Shown here piece by piece: positions 28,778 through 38,051 of a stretch of DNA of 64,000 nt. The DNA comes from an uncultured Gammaproteobacteria bacterium. Lineage in GTDB: Bacteria; Myxococcota_A; UBA796; JAJRTE01. The notes below the pieces were generated by a model that had not been told where the DNA came from, did no database searches, and saw nothing but the letters and a program-made list of their open reading frames with translations. The DNA lies in contig CAYQMG010000045.1 in assembly GCA_964418585.1 (NCBI GenBank), forward strand, positions 721 to 64,720, read 5' to 3'. Within the stretch, counting starts at the first letter, position 1; each line of letters begins with the position of its first letter. Made by a program: the position numbers and the translations under genes.

Positions 28778-30739
28778 TCAGGATTCAGAGCCTGTTCGGC
28801 GGTTCAGGGCTTCCCGCACCACCGCGGCCAGGCGTCTCGAAAGACTCGCCTGCGTCAGTGTCTCGAGCCGGGCCTCGGCGGTCTGCAAGGCGTTCTCGAG
28901 CCGGCTGCACCTGGCTTCCCATGTGGCGCAGGCCTCCCGATGCGCGTTCAAGGCGGCCTCGAGCTGCTCCACCTGACGCCGTGCGCGTGTCTCTGCGCCG
29001 ACTCGAGCCGCGTCGGCGGCCTGGAGTCGGGCGGAGAGGTCGGCCAGGTCGTCGTTGAGTCGGTCGCGAGTCTCCCACAGAGCCTGGATCTCCTCCTGTT
29101 TCTTGCCCAGTTCACCGCGCAGGCGTGTGATCTCGGAACGGGCTGCAGCCAGTTGCTCTTCGGTGGATGCCTGACGGGCACGCCACGAAGCGGCCTCCTG
29201 CAATGCATCCTCGAGACGGTGCTGCGCCGCCTGACAGGCGGTCTCGAGCCTGGCGACTCCGGCCTCGAGGTCGTCACGCTGGGCGAGCGCCTTTTCCAGT
29301 TCCGCGGTCTTCTTGGCAACCTCCCGCCGGGCTGCGGCCAGGGCGCGATGGGCAGCGGCCAGGTCACCCCCGAGCGTTTCCTCCCGCTCCGCCGCCAGCA
29401 TGGCGGTACTCTCCTGCTGGTGGGTCGCGGCCTCGAGAGAGTTGCTCAACTTGCCGACCACGTCCATGAGCGTATGGACCTGATCCACCAGGGCGGCAAT
29501 CTCCTGGTCCTTTTTCTTGAGGTCGTCCTGGAGTGTTCTTGCGGTTCGACGGGTTTCGGCCAAGGCGGCTTCCAGGGTATCGGCTTCGCGACTTCTGCGA
29601 GAAAGGACCTCGGTCACAGTCTCCCGGCCTCGACGACGGGAAGGGGTGCGCACCAGTGCTGCGAACCGGGCCAGGGCCACCTCGGGATCGAGGCGTTCCG
29701 ATGCAAGACGCAAGGCATTCCGGCCTCGTTCCGAGACCTCTGGCTCATCTTCGAGTGCCTGGTCCAGCGCCGCGTTGAGGGCGGCCTCGTCACCGTGGGG
29801 CACGACCCATCCGGCGCGATACGCCTGGACCCAGGCGGCCAGGGGCTGGTGGTCGCCGATGAGCAGCGGCGTGCCGCAGGCGAGGGCGTCGACCTGCCGG
29901 AACGAGAGGGCCATTTCACGCTCCAGGTTTCGCGCGGTGAGGTCCACGACGCACCAGGCCGAGGTCAGCAAGGCACACATGTCCGGATGGTCGAGCAGGG
30001 AATGGCACACGACTCGAGGCCCGGGTGGCACGGGTGGGGGTGCGAGGTGGTGGTGCTCCGGGTCGAGAGGATAGGGGCCGCGCAAGAGGTGGAGCGTTCC
30101 CCGGCCCATCTGTTCGAGTCGGGCGGCGACGCAACCGAGGGCCCATGAGGAATCCTGCCACGGCCAGGCCACGCCCCCGGATACGAGGGTGGGTTCGGCG
30201 GTCCGTGCCGTTGCCCCGGGTCTGGCAACCGCGGCGATGGGCACCACGGCGATGCGCTCCTCGCGGCAATCCACCCCGGCGAGGGCGAGTGCGCCCACGT
30301 AGAAATACTTCTGCCTTTCCGACGTGACCAGGAAGTAGTCGGCCCGGGTCAGGGCGCCCATCAGGGAGAGCATTTCCCGGGATATGTCCGCGTCCTGCCA
30401 CTGCGCCTCGAGCACCCTTGGCGCGAACAGGTCCACGGCGATTGGGATGTCGAGGTCCTCGAGGAGTCCCACATCGTAAGTGCCTTCGACCAGGACGAGA
30501 TCCGGTGCCACGGCCCGGGCCAGGGCGAGGAGTTCCTGCTTGCCTTCGAACGGGTGCACGGGAGGCAACCCTGGCACGGGAGGACCCTCGAGGTCCCTGC
30601 GACGACTGGCATACACCACCTCGGCGCCATGGGCGGTCAACCCCAGACCGTTGCCGTAGGCCCGAACCGCCATCCCTGCCGCCGGATAGGGTCCGCCCGG
30701 AAGGCGCCCGTGAAACACGATCAGCACTCGCATGGTCAT
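28778..30739 (-). CDS. Glycosyltransferase family 1 (GT-B fold) fused to a long C-terminal coiled-coil domain
   Basis: N-terminal roughly 380 aa has the GT4/GT1 layout (MRVLIVFHG..., E-x7-E-like region ...GTPLLIGDHQPLAAWVQ...). The C-terminal roughly 270 aa is a heptad-rich, Ala/Glu/Arg/Leu-rich coiled coil (AALVDQVHTLMDVVGKLSNSLEAATHQQ...LENALQTAEARLETL). Confidence 0.7.
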   Translation of the reverse strand: MTMRVLIVFHGRLPGGPYPAAGMAVRAYGNGLGLTAHGAEVVYASRRRDLEGPPVPGLPPVHPFEGKQELLALARAVAPDLVLVEGTYDVGLLEDLDIPIAVDLFAPRVLEAQWQDADISREMLSLMGALTRADYFLVTSERQKYFYVGALALAGVDCREERIAVVPIAAVARPGATARTAEPTLVSGGVAWPWQDSSWALGCVAARLEQMGRGTLHLLRGPYPLDPEHHHLAPPPVPPGPRVVCHSLLDHPDMCALLTSAWCVVDLTARNLEREMALSFRQVDALACGTPLLIGDHQPLAAWVQAYRAGWVVPHGDEAALNAALDQALEDEPEVSERGRNALRLASERLDPEVALARFAALVRTPSRRRGRETVTEVLSRRSREADTLEAALAETRRTARTLQDDLKKKDQEIAALVDQVHTLMDVVGKLSNSLEAATHQQESTAMLAAEREETLGGDLAAAHRALAAARREVAKKTAELEKALAQRDDLEAGVARLETACQAAQHRLEDALQEAASWRARQASTEEQLAAARSEITRLRGELGKKQEEIQALWETRDRLNDDLADLSARLQAADAARVGAETRARRQVEQLEAALNAHREACATWEARCSRLENALQTAEARLETLTQASLSRRLAAVVREALNRRTGSES

Positions 30740-30773
30740 CCTCCCGGGGGTCGCGTCCCCCTTCCCTGCGGGT

Positions 30774-33110
30774 TCACCTCCGACGACCTCCCCGCCACCC
30801 GGACAGCTCCTCCACCGAAATCGTGGGGGCGTTGGGAGAGAACGGGTAACGGCAGTCTCGACAGGGCTCCATTGTGTGCAGACGCCCCTGAATCACCGCC
30901 CGCCGAAGTTCCTCCACGTGCGGCCCATCCCACCACAGGTGCACCAGGTCGTCCCGGGTGACCTCGCCCAGCCTCAGCTTCAGGAAACGGTCCTGGTCGC
31001 ACACGGTCACCTTGCCGTCCCAGGTGATGGTCGGCGTCTTGAACGGAGCGGCGCACCGCGGGACACGGCCTGTGTCCCGGTCCACCAGCACCTCTGTCAC
31101 CCCCAGCGCTTGCGCCGCACGACGCAGGCGCTCGTTGGCCTCATGCTGCGCCAGATAGGTGGCCTCGTCCTTGCGACGGAACAGAATGACATCCGGTACA
31201 GGTCCAGCCGGTTCTTCCCCGGCCCGCGCAATTCTCCCGGAGTGCCATGCAGGAACGCTCATGCCCTCACCCACCCGCACTCGAGGTGCCGGGAGCCCCT
31301 GTTCGGTGAGGCGGTGGGTCCAGACATCGCGGAACCGGACCACTTCATCGACGTTGTCCTCGAGGACCGTGAACACGAAAACCAGTCGAACATGGTCGGC
31401 TCTGACGGCAGCCTTGCGTGCAATCAGGTAGGCCAGGCGCTCCTCGACCACCGGGAGCAGGTCGGCGCCATTGACCTGGAGGTAGGTCTCCCGGGTGGCG
31501 GCGTCGAGCACGACGAACCACGTCTGGGGTAGATGTGCGGCCTCGAGGGTGAGGTCCGCATACTCGGTATTGAGCAACGTGGCGAAGGTGTCGATCCGGA
31601 TCGATCGGAACACCCCATGCGCCTGGGCGCGCGCCAGCAGGTACCGGTAGACCGGGACGAACTCGGGATGAAGCAGAGGGTCTCCGCGCAGGCCGAGACG
31701 CACCTCGTCGACCTGGACCCCGGCATCGGTCAATTCGGGCACGAACTTCCGGATCAGCTCGAATCCCATGAACCCGCGGTTGAAATTCAGGTAACCCCGG
31801 TTCCTCATCTCGTAGTACTCGAACGGGTCCTGATAGCAGCGTTCAAAAGGGACCGGGAGCCTGGAGATCAACTGTTCGAACCGGTCGCGAGACCGTGCGG
31901 GGTCGTGGGGCGGGTGAAGGTCCGAGACATCGGACAGCTCGAGGCACAGGGATGTGCCCTGGAGGGGTGTGGGCCGTTTCCGGTGTGCGGGGAATCGGCG
32001 CCGGACGACCTGGTGCAGGGTTCTTGCGAATTCGAAGGAAATGCGCATGAGCGAGTCCGATGATTCTCTCAGGTAGCAGTCCTGGATACACGGTGTGGTG
32101 CAGGCCTTCACCGCCTTTCGGCGCTCCCTGAGCAGGGGAGAATCCCACAGTTCCCGCAAGGTACGGCTCCGGACGTTGCCGAACGCGCCGGCAAGGAAGT
32201 CCAGGTGACCATCGCACATGATGGCCTGCCCGTCGGCGTTGATGTAGAGTTCCTTCCAGCCGGCGTAGCAAGGGGCCCGACGCGGAGGCAGGATTCCTCG
32301 CACGTACCGTTTCATGATTTCGAGTTCGTGCCGGGTGTTGACGACCGAGAAGCGGTTGGGGTCGTCGGTCTCCTTGCGGTGCAGCACCTGGTCGACCATG
32401 CGGTCGAGTTCATCCCAGCGTGATTCCGGGATCCAGAGGGCCTCGGCGGCAGGAGAAGCGAAGCCCCCGGGGGGCTTGAACAGGGTGAGGAGTTGGACCC
32501 CCTGGAACCCTTGCTGCTCGCACCAGTCGATGAACGAGGGGATGTGCTCGAGATCGAGTGCGTTGACCACACAGTTGACCACGATTTTCCTCGGCGGATT
32601 GCCCGCAGCCGTGTCGGCGGCCCGGATGGCGTGATATCCCTGGAGTGCCCGGTGGAACGAGCCCACCCCGCGCACCCGGTCATGCACCTCCCGGGGTCCG
32701 TCGAGGGACAGGTTGAAGTGAAGCCGGTCATAGGCAATGCGGGCGATACCTCGAGCCCGTTCAGGGGAGATGAGCGTCCCGTTCGTGGTCACGGTGATGT
32801 AGAAATCCTTCAAGCAGGCGTACTCGAGGATCTCCACGATGTCGTCCCGGATGAAGGGCTCGCCGCCGAGCGGGTTGAGGATTCGAACGCCCCACAGCGC
32901 GACCTGGTCGATGAGGTCCTTGATTTCCCGGGTCTCGAGTTCATCCTGGACAGGGTAGCAGGTGGTGCACATGGGGCAGGCAAGGTTGCACCGGAGGGTG
33001 AGGTTGATGGAGACCCAGTCGGGGCGAACCAGGGACCGCCTGGTCGCGCGCGACAGGTTGAACAGGAAGTCGGTCCTGAGTTCGTCCAGGGTCCGGGTCA
33101 TGATCCACAT
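30774..33110 (-). CDS. Tandem radical SAM/SPASM fusion protein (canonical rSAM-SPASM module + second, Cys-triad-less rSAM-like/SPASM module)
   Basis: Module 1: CNLACPMC plus SPASM (CYAGWKELYINADGQAIMCDG, ACTTPCIQDC). Module 2 lacks CxxxCxxC but keeps the TIM-barrel-like core and a SPASM-like end (CAAPFKTPTITWDGKVTVCDQD, PCRDC). It is recognisably homologous to the separate rSAM at 22774 (FRIDTNG vs IRIDTF; PVIRWDGQLTVC vs PTITWDGKVTVC). Confidence 0.75.
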   Translation of the reverse strand: MWIMTRTLDELRTDFLFNLSRATRRSLVRPDWVSINLTLRCNLACPMCTTCYPVQDELETREIKDLIDQVALWGVRILNPLGGEPFIRDDIVEILEYACLKDFYITVTTNGTLISPERARGIARIAYDRLHFNLSLDGPREVHDRVRGVGSFHRALQGYHAIRAADTAAGNPPRKIVVNCVVNALDLEHIPSFIDWCEQQGFQGVQLLTLFKPPGGFASPAAEALWIPESRWDELDRMVDQVLHRKETDDPNRFSVVNTRHELEIMKRYVRGILPPRRAPCYAGWKELYINADGQAIMCDGHLDFLAGAFGNVRSRTLRELWDSPLLRERRKAVKACTTPCIQDCYLRESSDSLMRISFEFARTLHQVVRRRFPAHRKRPTPLQGTSLCLELSDVSDLHPPHDPARSRDRFEQLISRLPVPFERCYQDPFEYYEMRNRGYLNFNRGFMGFELIRKFVPELTDAGVQVDEVRLGLRGDPLLHPEFVPVYRYLLARAQAHGVFRSIRIDTFATLLNTEYADLTLEAAHLPQTWFVVLDAATRETYLQVNGADLLPVVEERLAYLIARKAAVRADHVRLVFVFTVLEDNVDEVVRFRDVWTHRLTEQGLPAPRVRVGEGMSVPAWHSGRIARAGEEPAGPVPDVILFRRKDEATYLAQHEANERLRRAAQALGVTEVLVDRDTGRVPRCAAPFKTPTITWDGKVTVCDQDRFLKLRLGEVTRDDLVHLWWDGPHVEELRRAVIQGRLHTMEPCRDCRYPFSPNAPTISVEELSGWRGGRRR

Positions 33111-33229
33111 CCACGCCGGTCGGAAGCACGATGAGGTATGATAGCATCTCGAGACCTTTTTGCCTGTCGGTTCGGAGCGGGCGGCCGTATAATCCTCCCC
33201 GCTGCACATGGTGGTGGCAGGGGAGGTCC

Positions 33230-34321
33230 ATGAGAGAGAATCGGTTGCAATGGACCGTGGGCAGATGCTGGACGGCTCCGGCCGGGAAGGGTCCGGCGGA
33301 GAAGGCCGGAGACGCACGGGGTCTGCTCGTTGCGCTCCAGGCCCGGGTGTTCCCCGCACTGCTCCTGGCCGTGACGCTCGGGGCGCTCCAGGCCTGCGCG
33401 CACGAGGTCGGGCCCCGACACGGACTCTACATGAGCATGCGGTATACCTACTATGCCGCACTCCCTCGAGATGCCGGCGCACTCCGGGAGGAGGCCCACG
33501 AGATGGTGCTGCCCGAACTTGGAGTGTTCGACCCTCGAACCGTCACATTCACCGATTTCGCTGGAACCGTGCGCGTCCCGGTCGGCCCGAACGCACCTCG
33601 AGACGACCGGAAGCACGAGGCCCTGGCGGATCTGCCGAGGCGGTGCCGAACCGTGTTCGGTGAGCAGGTCCGGGTGCTCGCCTGGATCTTCCTCAGCCGA
33701 ACCGGCCCGGAACGCACGGGGTCGCCGAGGGCCGACACGGCAATACCGGTGTTCGACCCGGCCGACCCGCGGCATCGCGCCGCCCTGGTGACTGCGGTCC
33801 AGCACCTGCACGGACTCGGGTTCGACGGTGTTCAGCTCGATCTCGAGCCCTTCCCGGTGGCGGACGTGGCCCATGTGGTGGACCTGCTGGAGGAAATCCG
33901 GGAGGCGACGGGACCGGAGTTCGCCCGATCGGTGTTCTGCCCCAAGTATGTGCCGACCACAGACGCACGGCTCCATCCGGGCTTCACCTGGTCCTCTCCT
34001 CGAGCCTACCGGCGGCTGGCCCGCCATGGCGAGCAGGTGGTGATTCCCCTCTATGATTTCGGCGCCATCGCCGACACCGAGGAGGCATACCGCACCCTCG
34101 TGCTGGAGGCGGTCCGCGTGCTCCCTCATCGGATCCGTGCAGCACGCAAGTACTGGTTGGCCCTACCCACGTATCGACACACGGCGCAACACCCGCCGAC
34201 CGAGGAGGCTGCGACGGCCTTGGCTCTGATCGCCCACATGCGGCCTCGGCCCGGTGGTGTCCTGTTCTTCGTGCACACGGGCGAACCGCTCGACTACGTC
34301 CCAGGGGTACTCCCACGATGA
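33230..34321 (+). CDS. Hypothetical lipoprotein (possible TIM-barrel glycoside-hydrolase-like; DGVQLDLE motif)
   Basis: Signal peptide and lipobox (LLLAVTLGALQAC). Motif FDGVQLDLEP resembles the GH18-type DG-x-D-x-D-x-E catalytic motif (weak). Start uncertain (33131 or 33230). Confidence 0.4.
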   Translation: MRENRLQWTVGRCWTAPAGKGPAEKAGDARGLLVALQARVFPALLLAVTLGALQACAHEVGPRHGLYMSMRYTYYAALPRDAGALREEAHEMVLPELGVFDPRTVTFTDFAGTVRVPVGPNAPRDDRKHEALADLPRRCRTVFGEQVRVLAWIFLSRTGPERTGSPRADTAIPVFDPADPRHRAALVTAVQHLHGLGFDGVQLDLEPFPVADVAHVVDLLEEIREATGPEFARSVFCPKYVPTTDARLHPGFTWSSPRAYRRLARHGEQVVIPLYDFGAIADTEEAYRTLVLEAVRVLPHRIRAARKYWLALPTYRHTAQHPPTEEAATALALIAHMRPRPGGVLFFVHTGEPLDYVPGVLPR

Positions 34322-34515
34322 ACCACCCCGTTCCCTGCGGAATACCGCCGTGCTCCGGACGCGCACGTTCTGCCGAGGTCGAGCCGGCGAGGCCCTGGTT
34401 CCGGACTCAAGACGGCGTCCAGGACTGAACGGGCGGGCACCGGGATGTTACAATGGGTCGCAAGGCGCCACGCCACGGTGGCTCCGGGACAACCTGCACA
34501 GGGAGCACAACGATC

Positions 34516-37164
34516 ATGCAGCACCGGAAAGCGCACGAACCATCTTTTCTCGCCGCGGGAATCCTGCTCCTCCTCATGGCCGGCCCGCCTGGTTGCGGTC
34601 CCCAGGATGACGAGGGGTCCCCGACGCCCGGTACAGAAACCCCGGTGCCGGGTCCCACGTCCACTCCGGTCCCGGCCTCGACCACGCCGACGCCGACGGA
34701 ATCGCCGGACACCTACATGGGGTACGATTTTTCTGGAGTGGAGATTCACCCGGATCGATTCAGCCTGGTTGTGGACGGAGACATCCAATTCGGGGTTCCG
34801 GATCAGCCGTTCACCCTCACCGCGCGGGTAACCGGCGGAGTCCGGAAGGGTGACCTCTCATTTGCCTGGACCGTGTCTGCTCCGGAGGCAGCGACGTTGA
34901 GTGCGAGCGGAGCGGAAGCCGAGGTTCGGTTTTCCGAGCCCGGCGACTACCTGGTCCAGGTGGAAGCCACGGACGAGGATGGGGAGCAGACTCGAGCGGG
35001 TGCGTACATTCGAGTTTTCGAGCTGGACCCGGGAACGCCTTTCGCGGTGGGGGATCTGGACGGGGACGGAGCCGTCACGACTTCGGACGTGGAGCTTCTG
35101 GAATCCTACCTGTCGGGCAAGGAACCGTTCGACCGGGACGAAGCCCGGGAGGCGGACGTCGATCGGAACGGGGTGGTGGACGAGGTGGATGCCGTGTTGA
35201 TCCAGGAGGCGGTGGATGCGGGTGAGCGTGCGCCCACCCATCTTTCGAGCCTCACCGGCCATGCGGGGGCGCGGTTTCTGATGATCCATCCAGCACTTCT
35301 GCACCCGGACCGGGTGGCGTCGGTGAGCGTGACCACGGTTTCGGAAGGCACGTGGGATTCCGAGTGCCTGACCGGTCTGGAAGAGGAGCCCCGGGCCGAC
35401 CAGGTGCCGTTCGTACGCGGTGCGCCGGGCTACCTCACGTTCGCCCTCCCCATCCGTTTCGCATGCCTCACCTCGGCAGAGGAGGTGTCGGTGGAATTGA
35501 CGACCACGGACGGGGCCGAATCGGAGACGTTCACCGTTGGGACAGTGACGGTCAATCCGCTCGAGCCAGCCGGAGATCCGGCCGGGGACCTGGTGCTGGA
35601 GGCCATGGCCCGCATGCGGATGGCGATGGAAGAGGCCGCAGACACGCTCGAGACCTACGCTGACCTGGTGGGAGCCGGAGACGAGGAGCGGGCCGTACTG
35701 ATGGGGACCTGGGCAGCCGCGCTGGACATGCTCGCCGAGGCGCATGAGCAATTTCACGTGGCGTTCGAGGATCTGGACGAAGTTACCAGGGCGATGTTCG
35801 AGCAACTGGCTCGCTCCAGCGGTCTGGCCGATTCGGTGGCGTTGCTCCGGGAACGCACGGAGACACTGAAGGCGTACCAACGGATTCCGGCCATGACCCC
35901 GGACCAGGGGGAACTCATGGCTGACATCCTGTGCACTCTCCATGCGCTCGAGGACGTGAGTATCCAGGTGGCGAGTGTTTCGATGACCGTGGGGGACATC
36001 CTGGGAATCTACGAACACTTCCCCATCGGACGCCGTGAGGAGATTGGACCGATCCTGGAGTTCATCGCCAACATCACGGTCACGGTGCACGTGTCGATCG
36101 ACGTGGCCAAGTTGGTGGAGCAGTACCTGCCCAGCACCGGGGACGAGCTGACGGCCCAGGCGTCGCCCGATACCTTGTTTTTGGGAGATTCGACCGAACT
36201 GTCGGCATCCATCGACCTGGTGATGCCTCCGGGCCTGTGCGACGGGGGCGACCCTCCGACCATCGAGGTGCAACTCGGGGCGGTGGTCGAGTTCTACATG
36301 GATTCGCTCCCCGCGGACAACAACCAGGTTTTCCGGTTCGGGACCTACCTGGAGGAACATTTTGACGAAATCACAGCCCGGATCGAGGCGGTCATCCTGG
36401 ATCTGATTCCGGCGAGCCTGGAGGTCGAAGTGCCCATTGCCATGCTCACGGAGAAAATCTGCGACACGTTCCAGGATGAGACCCTCCCGCTCGACCCCTC
36501 GTTTCTCCAGGCGAGTTGCGGTGGTCTGGCCGACGACCACTGGACATGCGAGGAGGCGTGCCTGGGGCTGGTCACATTTTCGGGAAAACGAGAGGTTTGC
36601 GAGCAGGAACTGGATGCGGACGCCAAGGTGCAATGTGAAGATCCAGACGCCGGTCCTCCGAACCCGCCCCCGGTGGTCGCCGCTCCTCCGGCCGAGGGAC
36701 AGGAGAAGGCGTTGCCGCCCCCGGAATCGGGAGACTCCCCGCCCTATCGCGTGCACGCCTACTCCACGATCATGGACGAGCCTTCGGGGGCCGAGGCCTG
36801 TCCTGATGAGAGTTCGGAAGACTACTACCACATCGCCTGCGGTGGTGCAGGGGCCGGCTTCACCTTGTGGCTGGATTATGACATCCTCTCCGGCGATGGG
36901 CGCGTGGGCGCCATGTTCCTCGCGGCAACAGCCCTGGACCCGGACGCCGAACCGATCACGGCCTACTGGGAGTTCACGGGGATGGAAGACCCTTACACGG
37001 GCGAGGGCTGGGGTTCGGTCCCCCTTCCGCTCACCATCGCGGATGACGCACCCCCAGGCGAGTATCAACTGGACGTGGCGATCGCTCCGCCCGGCGAAAC
37101 CGACGTGTACGACCCGACGCAGGTCAGCAATTATGTAAGTTTCGACCTCGTCGTCGTCCCCTGA
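34516..37164 (+). CDS. Large acidic secreted lipoprotein with dockerin-type Ca-binding repeat
   Basis: Lipoprotein signal (LLLLMAGPPGC). Pro/Thr linker. Dockerin-like pair (GDLDGDGAVTTSDVELLESYL...ADVDRNGVVDEVDAVLIQEAV). The rest is acidic with no recognised catalytic motif. Confidence 0.6.
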   Translation: MQHRKAHEPSFLAAGILLLLMAGPPGCGPQDDEGSPTPGTETPVPGPTSTPVPASTTPTPTESPDTYMGYDFSGVEIHPDRFSLVVDGDIQFGVPDQPFTLTARVTGGVRKGDLSFAWTVSAPEAATLSASGAEAEVRFSEPGDYLVQVEATDEDGEQTRAGAYIRVFELDPGTPFAVGDLDGDGAVTTSDVELLESYLSGKEPFDRDEAREADVDRNGVVDEVDAVLIQEAVDAGERAPTHLSSLTGHAGARFLMIHPALLHPDRVASVSVTTVSEGTWDSECLTGLEEEPRADQVPFVRGAPGYLTFALPIRFACLTSAEEVSVELTTTDGAESETFTVGTVTVNPLEPAGDPAGDLVLEAMARMRMAMEEAADTLETYADLVGAGDEERAVLMGTWAAALDMLAEAHEQFHVAFEDLDEVTRAMFEQLARSSGLADSVALLRERTETLKAYQRIPAMTPDQGELMADILCTLHALEDVSIQVASVSMTVGDILGIYEHFPIGRREEIGPILEFIANITVTVHVSIDVAKLVEQYLPSTGDELTAQASPDTLFLGDSTELSASIDLVMPPGLCDGGDPPTIEVQLGAVVEFYMDSLPADNNQVFRFGTYLEEHFDEITARIEAVILDLIPASLEVEVPIAMLTEKICDTFQDETLPLDPSFLQASCGGLADDHWTCEEACLGLVTFSGKREVCEQELDADAKVQCEDPDAGPPNPPPVVAAPPAEGQEKALPPPESGDSPPYRVHAYSTIMDEPSGAEACPDESSEDYYHIACGGAGAGFTLWLDYDILSGDGRVGAMFLAATALDPDAEPITAYWEFTGMEDPYTGEGWGSVPLPLTIADDAPPGEYQLDVAIAPPGETDVYDPTQVSNYVSFDLVVVP

Positions 37165-37223
37165 TCCGCCCGCCTGCCACCTGAATCAGGCCTCGAGGCG
37201 CCCAGACGGACCGAGCGGCCTGT

Positions 37224-38051
37224 TCAATGAGCCTGGGAGGCGTTTTTTTCACGATCCAGGGAGTCGGGCCCGTCATGGTCGGCCGGGGGTGGTCCTGGCG
37301 GGACCCCGGCAAAGGTGAGATGGTGATTGATCTTTCTCAGAAATCCCAGCAGGTTGCGCACCTCCTGCTCGTCCAGGGCCAACCGGCCCGCGATTCCCTG
37401 CACCAGAGCTCGAACCTGGGCCTGGTTGCGCGATTTCTGATACTCGACCCGCTGCGCCAACCGCATGACCTCGTCTACCAGCCGCCGCCGGACCGACCAG
37501 GGCGCCACCGTGCGCGGCTCTGAGCCGGTATCGGGATACTGGGCCAACATCAATTCATAGGAAACGATGAGCACTGCCTGAGCCAGATTCAGACTCTTCA
37601 GGCCCGCGGTGGGGATCTGAACCACCAACTCGCACAGACCCACCACCTCATTCGGCAGACCATAGTCCTCCCGGCCAAACAGGATCGCCACCCGACTTTC
37701 CACGGCTCGAGGCAACAGGTAAGGCCCCAGCTCCCGCGGTCCCACCACGGGCACCCGCCAGTGCCGCCTCCGGGCGGTCGTGCCCACGATGGTCCCCACA
37801 TCGGCGAGCGCGTCGTCCAGATGATCGAACACCTCCATCGTCTCGAGAAGGTCCCGGGCGCCTGCGGCCATCCACCGGGCCTTTTCCATGTCGCTGGAGG
37901 CCGGATCCACCACACGCAACCGACAAAGGCCCATGTTCTTCATCGCCCGGCAGGCCGACCCGATATTTCCAGGGTGCTGAGGTTGCACCAGGACCACCAC
38001 GATGTGATCCGGATCGAACGGAAGTGTGGTCTCTGTCAAAAGTCCCTCCAA
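37224..38051 (-). CDS. SpoU/TrmH-family RNA 2'-O-methyltransferase (TrmJ-like)
   Basis: SPOUT motifs (VVLVQPQHPGNIGSACRAMKNMG, AILFGREDYGLPNE, LNLAQAVLIVSYEL). It overlaps the upstream GCS2 gene by 16 nt. Confidence 0.8.
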   Translation of the reverse strand: MEGLLTETTLPFDPDHIVVVLVQPQHPGNIGSACRAMKNMGLCRLRVVDPASSDMEKARWMAAGARDLLETMEVFDHLDDALADVGTIVGTTARRRHWRVPVVGPRELGPYLLPRAVESRVAILFGREDYGLPNEVVGLCELVVQIPTAGLKSLNLAQAVLIVSYELMLAQYPDTGSEPRTVAPWSVRRRLVDEVMRLAQRVEYQKSRNQAQVRALVQGIAGRLALDEQEVRNLLGFLRKINHHLTFAGVPPGPPPADHDGPDSLDREKNASQAH

